A DNA stretch of 64,000 bases from Chrysomallon squamiferum (lineage: Eukaryota; Animalia; Mollusca): NCBI GenBank assembly GCA_012295275.1, contig CM022679.1, forward strand, positions 434,001-498,000, read 5' to 3'. Shown here piece by piece: positions 1 to 29,150 of this stretch (the first letter of the stretch is position 1; the number at the start of each line of letters is the position of its first letter). Made by a program: the position numbers and the translations under genes. Under the pieces are notes generated by a model, which worked only from the letters and a program-made list of their open reading frames with translations, had not been told where the DNA came from and made no database searches.

Positions 1-159
1 CTGTGTGTTATTTGTGCAACATAAGATGTACTCAGTTCTGACTTGAAAGCTTTCTGTTTGTAAATTCATTCATCCACAATTCCAAGTTAATTCATGTGTG
101 ATACATCTTACTAGACACATCTATTTTGTGTGGGGAAACTCAGCTTACATCCACTCTGT

Positions 160-708
160 GTTATATTTGTCATATCTAACATGTTATATTTGTCATATCT
201 AACATGTTATATCAGACCAAACCCCTATGATATCTAACATGTTATGTTTGAGATATTTAACATGTTATATTTGTGATATTTAACATGTTATGTTTGTGAT
301 ATTTAACGTTATATTTGTGATATTTAACATCTTATATTTGTGATATTTAACATTTTATGTTTGTGATATTTAACATGTTATATTTGTGATATCTAACGTT
401 ATATTTGTGATATTTAACATGTTATGTTTGTGACATTTAACATGTTATGTTTGTGACATTTAACATGTTATATTTGTGATATTTAACATGTTATGTTTGT
501 GATATTTAACGTTATATTTGTGATATTTAACATCTTATATTTGTGATATTTAACATTTTATGTTTGTGATATTTAACATGTTATATTTGTGATATCTAAC
601 ATGTTATATTTGTGATATATAACATGTTATGTTTGAGATATTTAACATGTTATGTTTGTGATATTTAACATGTTATGTTTGTGATATTTAACATGTTATG
701 TTTGTGAT
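160..708. repeat. Minisatellite, ~23-bp unit ATGTTATATTTGTGATATTTAAC, about 22 copies
   Basis: Tandem copies with minor substitutions, read directly. Confidence 0.9.
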
Positions 709-879
709 GTGCAAAAAACAACAACAATAATAGTAATAACAGAATTTTTTTCGGAGTCTGTTTCAATCCAATGGCAGGTTGGCTTCGAGATGACTGAAAC
801 AGAAAAATACAAATTTAGTTTTTATTTTTAGTTTTTCTTATTAAATAAATTTATCACATAACAAACCTGAAGAATTATG

Positions 880-1130
880 TAATAATAATAATAATTATAG
901 TAACAACAACAACAACAAGAGCAAAATCAACAACAACAATAATAGTAATAATAGAATTAAAAAAAATAATAAATGTTTAACAATAGTAATGGTGATAGTA
1001 GTACTAGTAGTAGTAGTAGCAATAATAATAATAATAATCATAATAATAATCATAATAGTAATAATAATAGTAATAATAATAATAATAATAATAATAGTAA
1101 TAATAATAATAATTATAATAGTAATAACAG

Positions 1131-1165
<35 letters not shown>

Positions 1166-1178
1166 ATAATAATAACAG
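880..1178. repeat. (AAT)n/(AAC)n/(AGT)n trinucleotide microsatellite region
   Basis: Read directly; explains the poly-N, poly-I and poly-Y ORFs. Confidence 0.9.
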
Positions 1179-1494
1179 TAAATACACACCAGCAGTGTTC
1201 AAATTTAAAATGAGTAATTGTGTCAATCTGTTATTTACTGTTAAAACAAGTTGTTTAATAGGTCAGTTTACTGTTACATCAACCAATCAGCTGCTGTGTA
1301 ACATGTCACTGACTCTTCACCCACTTCTCTGTCTTAGTAGTCAACTTCTTTTATTTCTTCTTTTTTATTTAATTATTTATTTATTTTCATTTTTTTTCTT
1401 TGTTGTTGTTGTTGTTGTTGTTATTATTATTATTATATTATCAACATCATTGATGATGTTGTTGTTGTTGTTAAATTAACATCATGTTCCTGCT

Positions 1495-1607
1495 GACTTT
1501 GATACTTTAGTTGTGAGTACTGGTTAGACTGGGAAATAACACAAAGGTAGACCAGTGAGGATTGATCCTGTAACCTAAGACGTGAGTGTTCTAACCACTG
1601 AACTACT
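1495..1607 (-). mobile_element. Degenerate tRNA-derived SINE copy
   Basis: Similar to the copy at 21548-21640 (..TTTGATA..AG..TGG.T.GA.TGGGAAA..ATTGATCC). The reverse complement begins with an A-box-like TAGTTCAGTGGTTAGAA. Confidence 0.5.
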
Positions 1608-3144
1608 GTAGTGTTAATCTACAGTTTACCTGTGTTACTAATCTACTTTCTGTTACAGTGGCCAGGTGAATGTCAGTCTGAACATCAATATTAATTTAAT
1701 CACCTGACAGGTAATATCAGATGTTGATAACAAAAAACTCATTATTTACTCTTGATTAGCTTTGTCAGCTAAACTTGTCACTGTTCAGATGTCAGGTATA
1801 AAATAAATAAATAAACAAAGACAAGAAACACAAACAAACAAACAAACAAATAAAATAAAATAAATAAATCTAAACATCTCAGTGACATGTAAGACCCAGG
1901 TGTTTAAAAATCATCAAAATACAAATATTAGTTCAGTCACCTTCCAGGTACACACTCTCACTCAGGTGTCAGCTTTTCGAAAAGTCTAATTATTTACTTA
2001 AATAAACCCAGCCACTTAAACTTCAAGCTTATCTTTTAATCCTGCTTAATTGAGTTGAGACCTGAAGAAATTGCTCATGGCTACAATTTCTCAGTGAGAT
2101 TTTGTTTTACTGTCACTTGTATTTCCCACGCTATAACCACACTTCAGTCTGCGTTTTCAAAACTGTGGGTTGAGACCCTCACAGTTCCACTTCACCGCAC
2201 TTCAGGCATGAGAGGAAAGAATGAAAGAATTAAGAAGAGAAAAGAAGAAGAAAAGAAAAGATATCACTAAAGAGAAAAATCAGAAAGGAAAAAAAAATTC
2301 CAGTAAAAAAGAAAAGAGAGACAAAAAAAATGTAGCAAAGAAAAGAAAATTCTGTGACTAAGAATGAAAATATTTTGTGTGAAATTGTTGAGAAAAAAAA
2401 CATTTGAGTTCACCTGAAACAAAATCTTCTCCTTTGTTGTGTAAATTCATTAAAAAAAGTTTTATTTTATAAATTATTCAGGTGCTTGCAGGTTATTGGT
2501 GTCAGTTTACTGTTAAATGCAGTTTTACACCTCTCACAAAAATAAACTTTTCAGGTGTGTACAGGGAACTGGGTTATTTTACAGTTAAACAAAGTTTTAA
2601 TGTTCACACTTGAACAAACAGGTAACTCTGTCACTAACTGCACTAAAATAAAGTTTAACAAAGTTTTAATGTTCACACCCTCAATATTCACAGAATTCTT
2701 TTACAGGTAAATTGACTTTTTATTGCTTGTTGCCAGGCAACACACAAATAATGAGTAAATGACCTAAAACAGGTGTGATTCAAGTAATTTTTTTTTTTTT
2801 TTGTCTACACAGTGAGATATACCAGATGTTTTTGTTCTCTCACATTTAAAATAATAATGATTATAATAAATAAATAAACAAAAATGATTTATGAATTTAT
2901 AACATTTTTCCCTGACAGAAAAAAAAAGAAATTACTGCAGGTAAGTTTATCTTAAAATGTTAAATTAAAGTTTCTTTTTAAATATAATTTTCCTTACAGA
3001 TTATAACTAATTGTGAGATTTTTTCAAACATGATTAAACTCGGAATCAGTGAAGCATGCAAAAAATCTAGTCATGGTTGAGTGATTTTGTTACATCAGTT
3101 AATGACCAGTGGCAAGTAAAAACCACTAAAATGTTAAATACACA

Positions 3145-3756
3145 TAATATTACACACTTATACCTAATATTACACACTTATACCTAATATTACACACTTA
3201 TACCTAACATCTGTCATTTACACACACTCACTCAGACACTCACACACACACTAACACACTCACACACACACTAACACACACACTAACACACTCACACACA
3301 CACTAACACACTCACACACACACTAACACACACACTAACACACACACTCACACACACACTAACACATGCACACTAACACACACACACACACTAACACACA
3401 CACACACTCACACATTCACTAACACACACACTCACACACACACACACACTCACACACACACTAACACACGCACACTAACAAACACACACACTAACACACA
3501 CTAACACACACACACACACACACTAACAGATACACACACATACTAACACACACACGCACACACACACACACTCACACACACACTAACACACACACACACA
3601 CACACATGCACACACACATAAATATATAGATAAATAGATGTGTGTGTGTATTAGGTATGTATGTGTGTGTGTGTGTATATGTATGTATGTGTGTATGTAT
3701 GTATGTATGTGTGTGTGTGTATATGTGTATATGTATGTATACATATCTGTGTATGT
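3145..3756. repeat. 20-bp repeat x3, then a (CA)n/CACTAA compound microsatellite and a (TG/TA)n tract
   Basis: Read directly. Confidence 0.9.
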
Positions 3757-4844
3757 GAGATATGTCTGTTATTTGAATAATTTCACATGAAAACATCAAC
3801 TTACTGTGTCAGTAATGTCAACATAACAAGTTTATTTTACTGTTTTACTCACAAACCAAAGTTTTGTTTTTGAAGTTAGCTGATGATATTATTTTTAAAA
3901 TCTTCAGTCTGAGAGCTTGCTGGAGAGATAAACTAAATATGTCACAGTCTCTGATATATGTGACTGTTACACAGAAAGACTCAGTGTGGGAACACAACAA
4001 ACTCTCTCTGACATTTCAAAACAAAAATCTCTGTTGATCAACGTGAAGAACCGCATTGTTACAAACACAAACATGACCTTGGGTCTCACTGGTCAACACA
4101 GACAGAGAAAAAGAACCAATATTTACCAATTTCAATATTTACTTTTTAAAAAATTATTAACATTTTAAATTTTCTTTTTTTCTTTTTGAATTGATATTTT
4201 AGATATTTAAGAAATGGAAACAAATATTGTCAGTTAAAATTCTCTGAATAATTATTTATAATAACTTAATTTGATATTATTTTAATAAATCTAATTTTTA
4301 ACATACTTCATTCAATCATATACAAATTAACTTGTCAAAATACACCATACTAAGCTAAGAAGTTGCTGTGTCAATATGAGACACGGCAACGTTGCATTTA
4401 GGACTAAGTATTCAATGAAATGATTCTTACTACTATAGTATGTAACAAAAATCTCACCCTACAACAAAAAGTCCTAACAGACTGAGTACAATGATGACAA
4501 CCTGTACAACATGGTGACGTCAAACAGTGACAGTCTTACACGCTTGACACGTTATATTTACTACATTACCCAGGTAAGTGACAGATGTGTGACAGGTACA
4601 TCATATCTTTGTTAGGTAATTCACAGATTACTATAATGTACCTGTGACAGGGGGAGTTGTCTGTGTGTCTGTCTGTTTGTCAGGTATTTAAAATTTATGT
4701 TAACTGTCATCTCAGTATTTTAATTTTAACAGTTTTGTACTGAGAGACAAGACGAAGCAGCCATTATTTTTATTTCTATGTATGTATGTATGTATGTATT
4801 TATGTACTATGTATGCATGTGCATGTGCATGTATTTGTGTGTGC

Positions 4845-4895
<51 letters not shown>

Positions 4896-5197
4896 GTAGT
4901 AAAAGTCTAAACTTACTGTGTTAGAGATTAGGACAGTCAACTAGGATAAACAGTTTAAGTAGGATTATGACAGGATTACCGCGGGACTGAGATAGATTAT
5001 GATGGATTAGGTGATAAAATGGATTACTAACCATCACAGATTATCTACTTAATGACTTTCTCTAGACTGTGTTACCGGGAAAGGCGTACTTTAATATTTA
5101 ACAACTAACAACTATTTACGAAGTACTGATCATAAAGTAATAATAATTGTTGTGATAATGATGATGATGGTGCTGTGACAACAACAACAACAACAAC

Positions 5198-5240
<43 letters not shown>

Positions 5241-6446
5241 ATAATAATAAGAAGAAGAAGACATAAACAATGAAATATAACAGTGAATGTGACGAGGAGC
5301 TAAGTGACGTGTTGTACGAGTCCTATTACACCCTGACTACTTCACACTCAGATTACAACATAAATCTCTTCTTATCTAAATTTATGTATCATCTTTTTCT
5401 TGAAAAACCAGTCGACAGTTAGAAAACCAGCAGATAAAACACAGTGAATAAACATAAATAAAACAATTAAATAAAAACAACTAATAAACAGAGCAAATAA
5501 GCATACAAAAATAAACAGAAAATAAAACAAATAAAAGTAAAATAAATACATTAACACAGTAAATGAACACAAGTAAAAACAAACACAATAAATAAACACA
5601 TCAAATAACAACAAATAAACATATCAAATAAACAACAAATAAACACATCAAATAAACAACAAATAAACACAATATAAACACAATTAAATAAACAACAAAA
5701 AATACAGAAAAAAACACAGAAAATAAACACAGAAAACAAACACAAGTAAACACAATTAAATAAACAACAAATAAACACAGTGACAAACACAAGTAAACAC
5801 AGTTAGTGGTTATTAAACACAACACTTACAACACTGTGTATTTACTAAGATAACTAATATCAGTGAGTGCTAACAGTATTTGTCAGTGTGAAATAAATAT
5901 CTGAGTCGCCAGTGAATCTGTACAGAAAAACTACTCGTGTTAACCATTAACCTCATTCTGCATCACATACTTGATGTATCAGGTGCCCTGAATAAACAAG
6001 TTACTTAATTACTTAAACTTTAGGGTCAGACGTTACAACTAAAGATCTGCATGTAAGGAATACTCATGTTATTTAATAAAACCTCGGAACATTTTTTCAA
6101 GTCAAAGTTTTGCTGTGTCAAGTAATACGTAGAACTTAATCTTTACATTGTAATAGATAAAATTTACTGACTTTTACGTTGTAACACACACACAATTTAT
6201 ACTTTTGCATTGCATTGCATATAACTTAGTGACTTTTACATTGTAATACACATAATTTAATATCTTTTGCATTGCATATAACTTAGTAACTTTTACATTG
6301 TAACAGATATAACTTAATCACTTTTACATTGCAATACATAGAACTTGTATTACGTTGTAATACATTCCTGGATGTCAACACCTGTGTTCACCTTTTGTAT
6401 AAAATGTACCACAGACGTTTCATGCACACGCATATAAAATATTTAC

Positions 6447-6521
6447 CTTTCTGAGAAGTTTCTGAAGTTTGCGGAACTTCGGTAGAGTGACACAACTCGA
6501 ACTTCTCGATAAAGACGACAT
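6447..6521 (-). CDS. Candidate alternative first coding exon (MSSLSRSSSCVTLPKFRKLQKLLRK) of the coiled-coil gene
   Basis: aaagATG start, 25 open codons richer in GC than the background, AAG|GTAAAT donor in phase 0 (same phase as the 14362 donor). A CpG-rich region lies upstream at ~7100-8200. Confidence 0.55.
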
Positions 6522-7099
6522 CTTTAAGTAATCCACACTAACAGTATTTCAAGTCACCAGAAAACCATTGCACCTCTACAGTATGAAATCTCTATACGTA
6601 TACAGTCAGTATGAAATCAGTATTTGTGTATGATAACTATGAAATAACGGTATGTGTACAATCACTAACGTGTACAACAACTATGAAATCACTGCACATG
6701 TAAAATCACTAATAAAATATCGCTGTGAAATCTTCTAGCCAGGTAAATCACTATCAGTTCAGTCAGTGAAAATCTGTGTAAAATCAAGTGAAATGAAGAG
6801 AAAACTCGAGTATTTCACAGTATGGAGAAAACAGCAGAATTTCCCAGTCGAGTCTGTGAGACTATCAAAATGTTTATGAGGAAACTCGTAAAATTTAGTT
6901 GTTGTAGATTTGTGTGTTAATGTTGTGTGTGTATCAACTTGTCACAGCCTGCCTGTCACTATTACTTTACTAAACATAAAGTTTTACACACTCAGTCTGT
7001 TATCATCAGACTTGACAATATTCAACACTTGTTAATCCAGATTATTACAGTAATCTTTTTAATCCATTCGAGATAAATTACAATATATTAAAAAAATTA

Positions 7100-8200
7100 T
7101 TTAATTTTTTTTCTCTCTCTCGCTTGCGTAATATTCGACATATTTGTAAACATCCGTAATTAGCGAACATTAAAAAATAAATAAAAATGTGCAGTTCCGA
7201 TTTTATAAAGAAATGAACACTTCCGGATCAAGTCATATTAGATTTTTACTTCACACGGTGTTTCTAGCGTGTTTGTCTTCCTGCTGTTGTTTCAGCGTGT
7301 CTCAGTGTGAACGACTTGTACACTGCAGAATTAACACAGACCTGCTAAAAACTTAAACTGATTTCCAATATCGAGTACACTGACATTTAAATATTTTCAC
7401 AACGACGTCACGGACTGTGATATTTCTACGCTTTCACAACGACGTCACGGACTGTGACATTCTGAATGCAGTTTTCACAACGTTAGTGTGGCTTATTTGT
7501 TTTTTAAAATCAAGCTGACCTTCTTGTGGTAAAATAGCAATGTTATGAAAAGTCACACACGAACCTGTCTCTGCAAAACAAACAACGAGATAAAAACAAG
7601 CACGAACTAGAAGACTTCAGTACGCCTACAAGTCAGTCTGCATTTCAGTGTCAGTTTTAACACGTGAAGCTCGTCACCGACAGAAACATCTGAAACAAAA
7701 CTGATTTCACTCTCCATGTTTACCACAGTTACAACTGTCATGTTTTATAAACAATTTCATTTTAAATTTTATAAAATGTCGCTGCAGAATTTTAAACAGT
7801 TTTTAAAGCAGAGGAAATCTCTCTTTTATCGCTGAATACTGAGTTTTCAGTGTCACGATGTACTAGAAATCAGACTGAAATCATTCCACTTGAACATTTA
7901 TCTGTCTTCAGTTTTGACGAGGTTAAATTTGAAATCGATCTCACAGAAGTTGTTTTAAACAATGAGGCGATTGTCCACGTCATGCGTGCTTGCACCTCAT
8001 AGCGGAAGACCACGTGATACAAACATGAAACATCTCGCCGCGGCTGAAAACGTCCACGTTGAGCGTGCTTCAGCCTCGTTCAGTTACAAAGACGCTTGTT
8101 TAAAACGAAGCAGGTGGTTGGAGTAGCTGCTGTAGCTGCTGGTGTCAGTGACGTACTCGCGTGACCGGGGTGAGGTGCCCCACGTTTTTTCCTGGGTTGT
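7100..8200. promoter_or_regulatory. CpG-enriched candidate promoter/enhancer upstream of the alternative exon at 6521
   Basis: Local CpG excess in a CpG-poor window, a duplicated ACAACGACGTCACGGACTGTGA (CRE-like), an ETS-like CACTTCCGG at ~7218 and CACGTG boxes. Confidence 0.4.
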
Positions 8201-9469
8201 AAAAATCTCTGGTGGAAACATTAAGATACGAGAAAGACATTAAGATAAAACAATCTGTAGCTGATAACATTCTCTCCTTGTTGTGCAGTTCTTATAAAGT
8301 CAAGCTTGCATTTTCCAACAAAACAAGTTTCATCAGATTTAAACAGTTTTACAAAAATAACTTAAATTAGTTAAATCTCAAAAATATAATACAGCAAAAA
8401 AATAAATCCACACACTCCCAATTCAAAAATAGAAACCCAGCTAAAAACACAAAATATACATTAACACAGTTTAAACGTTCACTCCACATAAACACAGGTT
8501 ACAAATGCACATCAAAATAAACACAAATTATGAATTGATGTTAACACAGTTGAAAAATGCACATCCCTGCAGTAACACTTTAAAAAGAAAAATTCACAAC
8601 AGCAGAGAGGAAAACAAAAATGAAATCATCCTGAGTGACACTGAAACTCGACTGAAACGTCCAGTTTTCACTAAGTCCGTGTTTGCGCATCTTTCTCACC
8701 AAGACAGACCTCACTAACACAGCGGTGTGAAAAGGAAATGTCATGCATCATGGGATACCTTGTCTGTGACTTTTGTCATTTGTCAAACACCGTTTAGAGT
8801 CAGCTACACTCATTGACTGCTGAATAATATATCCAGTATAACATACCTTAGTGTGACTTAGTCAGTATATCACACATTACATATTTATACTTAGTATTAT
8901 ACTGCATTGACATATTTAATATAACACTACTTTGACATATTTAATATAACATATACTGCATTTATATATTTAATATTACATGTCTGATATATTCTATCTT
9001 AATTTCAAATAATCAATATAGATATGTTATATGTAATATATTACACATAACAGAGTTAGATACATAGAATTAACATATGTTTTATATTATATGAAATATA
9101 CTCCTGCTTGGTGAACTCAATGTTTCTCTAATTCTGTAACACACACACACACAAATACACACACACATACACACACACAAACACAAACACACACACAGTG
9201 TCTGGTAATGTGATACACGCTGTATCTACACACATACATGTGACCTCTGTGATTTATGTCATGTTAAATATTACGTAGTAAACCATCACGCACAGAGTAA
9301 CACTGTTTTTATCTGACGTTCCACAAACATCCAGTAATTTGTGTGTCACAAATATAATTTATATTTTACTTTATCTTGTACAGGTTGTTTTGTGAGACTG
9401 GGCAGAAATATAGATCTTTTAGAGATAGGAGTTTGTAGATTAACTCAGATGTAGGGAGTCACAGAAAGT

Positions 9470-9572
<103 letters not shown>

Positions 9573-10134
9573 GACATGAAAGAAATATGGTGAGAGAAGG
9601 GAGGATGAGTGAAAGGTAGTATGAGAGGGATAAGGATGAATGAATAAGAAATATTTTAAGGATTTGTACAAACTAGAGCAATTTTTCTACTTTCTACTTT
9701 CGTTTAAAACTTTACATTAAATAGGACATTACATTCTTATATGTAAATCTGCGTTCATTTCACTGAAACACAACACACTGTACCAGAAAAACACAACAAA
9801 TTCGAATACAACACACTAAAACAACAAACACAACACATTGACACATGGAACTGTTGATTTGACTGTGAGAATCACTTCACCTGACAAAGTTGATTACAAA
9901 CAGATCACCTGACACAAATCAGTGTCTCGTTATTTTACTTTCTGTGTGACAGCCTCGCTGAGACTTCATCTACTCGTTCTGTCTACACTCGAACTGTAGA
10001 CAAACACTAACTTACTTTTTGTAATGTATTTATCTGTATAGTTTTACTGTACTAACATCACACACACATAACATACTTCAGTTTAACACTGGGTGTAAGG
10101 TGTAAGTATACCACAGTCACACCACACATCTACC

Positions 10135-10376
10135 TGTAACAGACAAAATACTTATTGTAATGTAATGTTATCTCTACGTCCGTTCATCTAAATATGTAAC
10201 AGACAAAATACTTATTGTAATGTAATGTTATCTCTACGTCCGTTCATCTAAATATGTAACAGACAAAATACTTATTGTAATGTAATGTTATCTCTACGTC
10301 CGTTCATCTAAATATGTAACAGACAAAATACTTATTGTAATGTAATGTTATCTCTACGTCCGTTCATCTAAATATG
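10135..10376. repeat. Perfect 60-bp tandem repeat x4
   Basis: TGTAACAGACAAAATACTTATTGTAATGTAATGTTATCTCTACGTCCGTTCATCTAAATA is identical in consecutive 60-nt lines. Confidence 0.95.
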
Positions 10377-11608
10377 CTACCTGTTGTCGCTCTACAACAG
10401 TTACTTTTCTTTTCGTCTTTCTTTTTCTTTCTTTCTTTGTTTTTGTGTTTTTGAAAATCACATCCACAAATAACAACAATAAATAAATAAATAAATAAAA
10501 TATTTAAAAAGTAATAATTAAACAAACCACAACGTATCTGGTTTGTCTCTGTGTGGACAGTGTGACGTTGTGGTGTGACCTAAACATCAGTTTAATTCGT
10601 TATCTCAACACTTGGTCAGACATTAACAACAACGTCCACGTTTACGACGTCGTTAAACTCAACTGTAAACTTGTGAATGGCCGTCTGATAGTTTCATAAA
10701 GAGTTATTAAATGTAACATATAGTTTGATTGGTCAATAAAATGTTCATAACTATAACATGCAATGTGATTTGTAAATCAAGTATGCTTAAACACAATACA
10801 AAAATTGACTGGCTAAAAATTACATACTTACATAAAACACTGTTTCATTGGTCAATAAAGTATAAAAACTTATAAGAAATAGTTAGATTGATTAAAAAGA
10901 TATTAAAATTGTTAGACTGGACAATTAAAATATTTGTAAATATATATAATACAGTACTTGATTAAAATGTATTGTAGTCATTACACATTGTTTGATCAGA
11001 AAAACGTACACTCCACATTATACAGAGTCTGACTGGTTAAATATAATAAAACTAATTAACTCTAACACAATACAATAAGTGTGTGTTTACCTACTGTGAT
11101 ATACAGTTATTATTTCACTGTTACTAAACTGTAGCATGTAGTTTAATATGCACCAGTGGTTATTGTTAGTAAGTTAGCAAGTTAACACAGCAAAGTGTGT
11201 GTACGTTATAACGTGTAAGAGTAGCTATGTTTACAGAAGAGTTTTGTTATTCTGGTCACACTGACATTACACGAGTAATTTTGTCTCATCTAAATTTAGC
11301 GTTTGACAAAAGTTTGTTTAAAGTTAGAGACAGTTAAAGTCGATGTATGTCAGTGTAGTTGTAGACGTGATCAAACACGTCAGTCTGGAGTGAGTTTGAG
11401 CAAACTGTCACACACCTTAGATATTTGCACCTGTATTTACACCTGAATGTACACCTGCATTTACAGCAGGTGAGTTCAGTTCTTCAGGAAGGTAGAAAAT
11501 TGTTTTTGACAGCTGTGTTTATTTTCACCTGTTTGTTTACTGTGCTGATTTTTATCTGTTTACTAAGTAAACATTAACAGAGGCTGTTAAATGCATTCTG
11601 TTGTTTAC

Positions 11609-11620
11609 CTTACAGAACAT
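11609..11620 (-). CDS. Candidate very short alternative first coding exon (MFCK)
   Basis: agaATG TTC TGT AAG|GTAAAC, phase 0, ~300 bp downstream of a GC/CpG-rich patch with a perfect CRE. Short enough to arise by chance. Confidence 0.3.
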
Positions 11621-11658
11621 TCTTAATTTTAGTTAATACAGCAATCTAGTTTTACACA

Positions 11659-11733
<75 letters not shown>

Positions 11734-11884
11734 TGTTTTATATAACACCAGTTTAATCTTGTATTTCACGCACAAACAGTTTGTAAAACGCAGAACAGAC
11801 AGAGCGAACTGTTTTAAAAGTTTCACACTGAGATAACAAATACTTAGTAACATTACTGTAGTTTTACCAGAACACTAAGCTGCA

Positions 11885-12160
11885 CAGACTCCGTATCCCC
11901 TCCCCCCCCCCTCGGGACTCTAGTCCACAGTTTGTTTGAAACGTCATAAACCTCTTTATATTTGCTTTGTACTGACGTCACACGTACACCCCCCCCTGCA
12001 CCGCCCTCGCGGGTTGTTTACACACTGGTATTTGTAACAAGCTCACTTCACGTGTGTTACCAGTCAGTGATTTTAGCGTAACCGTCGTCAGTTTATCATT
12101 CTCTTACGTGATCCAGCAGATCTGTTTAGTAGATGTTACGTGTAGATTATAGCACCGTGG
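11885..12160. promoter_or_regulatory. GC/CpG-rich candidate promoter with a perfect CRE
   Basis: C-runs, TGACGTCA at ~11973 and CACGTG at ~12049; upstream (minus strand) of the MFCK candidate exon. Confidence 0.35.
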
Positions 12161-13017
12161 CGTTGATTATAGTTGTGTGTTGATTAGCTAGGCTGTGTTG
12201 ATTAGATGATTGTATGTTGATTAGATGACAGTGTGTTGATTATGCAGATTATGTTGATTACGTGACTGTGTATTTATGACGGTGTTAAGTGGGTGATAAA
12301 TTTAAACATGTTCCAAGTTCTCACAGAAAACAGCGGTTATCTTAGAAATCTCGAAACTTGAATCTCAATTAACTCTCAAGTTAACTTTGGTGTTTTAGAA
12401 ATGTCAAAACAATTGACTGCTTGTTGGAAGTGGCTGTAGAAGTAATTGTAACAATACAGTAAAATGAACTTTCTACTTGAAAACACACAGAAGTAGTTAA
12501 AACAAGCAACACTTGAAAACGTCTTTATTATTAACTAGAACATAGAGGTATTTATTAGAGCTCTGTTATTTAGTAAAACTATTATTTACTAAAACACTGA
12601 TATAGTAAAACTGCTTTATTTACTAAAACATTGTTATTTACTAGAACAGTGTGTTACATGTAGGAAGACAAATTCTGTTACTTAGTACACTGAACATGTA
12701 CAGTCTGTACTGACTGGGAGCCAGTCTAGTGATATTTAACATATCAGTTTATTGACTGGGAGCAAGTCTAGTAACATTTAACATCTCACTAAGCCCAGAC
12801 ACTTTCTCATTAACACAGTAATTAATCTCCCATTCTAACTGGGTGACAGGTGACATTTAGTAGGTGTCACTAGGTGTTTTATCCTTGTCTGACACAAAGT
12901 AACCCATATATTCTGTACTGAGGTTTTGTCATTCATTCATTCATCCATCCATCATTTAATCCATTCTCTCATGTCTGCTTTATTACCTATAATCAACCAT
13001 TCATCTGTGCATCCATC

Positions 13018-13077
<60 letters not shown>

Positions 13078-14086
13078 GTATATTTATTTATGTCTGTCTG
13101 TCTGTATGTATGTATGTGTGTTTTTACTGGAAGAAGTGAAAGACTGTGTGACAATGAATCACTTCCTATCATACAAATGTCACATGTAACTACATCACAG
13201 AGTACTGTGTAAGTATAACATGTATTACACAGAACAAAATCACATTGGAATAAATAAATAAATAAATAAATTAAATAATTAAGACTATAATAAAACATAT
13301 ATTGAAAGAGAATTCTTGTTTTTTTTCTTCTTATTTTTCTTCTTATTGTTATTTTATAACTTTTTCTTCTACTCTTCATTTTAATTTTTAAGAAAAAGAT
13401 TAGTTATTGTTATTGTTGTTGTTATTATTTTATTTATTATTACTATTATTATTATTATTACTTTCTGTATACTGTCTCATGTTAATTTTTTATTAAATAT
13501 GTCAAAATTTAAATTTTGTTGTATAATTCAGTAAATAAATAACAATTTTTAAAAAAAAGTTTAACTTTTTAAATACTGAATTAGATGTGTGTGTGTGCGT
13601 GTGTGTGTGTGTGAAGGTAATAACAGGTACTGATGTGTGATTAGAATCTGACGTGTGCAGTCAGGTGGAACTAACCGTCTCACAAAGTGAGATCAGCTTT
13701 CATCTCACACAATAAGCTGACAGCTCAGATCTCACAGATTACAGGGGACATACAAATGTCACCTCACCTCTCTAATTATCTCTGTACCCACCACCCAGCA
13801 GAACCTCCCCCTCCCACACACACACAGACAGACAGACATACAAATGTGAACATGCCTGTCAGATTATCTCTCCACCTTTCACCGACGAGAACCTCCCTCA
13901 CACACAGACAGACACACAGACAATGGATTTATTTATGTAGAAGTATTACAACATCTTTCAAATACATCACGTCAGCTGAACAAAAAAACAGACAAACTGA
14001 ACTGTTATTACCTTCACACACACACTACATTTATTATTATTATTTTTTTTAATTCCTCTTATTATTTATTATTATTATTACTGTAA

Positions 14087-14117
<31 letters not shown>

Positions 14118-14361
14118 TACTACTACCACTACTTTTACTACTATTACTATTACTATTCTTATCTTATTATTACTACTATTATTATTATTATTATTGTTGT
14201 TGTTGTTGTTATTAAATGGTTTGCACTGTTGTGTGTAATTAGAACACAGGATTCAATCTGTCACAGAAACACTGAGCACATGAAACAAATCATTTTCTCA
14301 AGTCATTAGAACGTGAAGCAGTTTACAGGAAGTTACTACACACCAAAAAAATAGTACTCAC

Positions 14362-28991
<14,630 letters not shown>

Positions 28992-29097
28992 TTATGTCAA
29001 CATGTCGACACCTCACACACAGCCACCCGTGTGAAATCAGCTGAAAATATTTTAATAAAGTAAATTTAATACATTAATTAAAATCAGAATAATGGAA

Positions 29098-29150
<53 letters not shown>

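Noticed and set aside
973-1479. 168-aa poly-Asn ORF and overlapping poly-Ile/poly-Tyr ORFs (also 27310-28763)
   Set aside because: Trinucleotide microsatellites with no coding signal.
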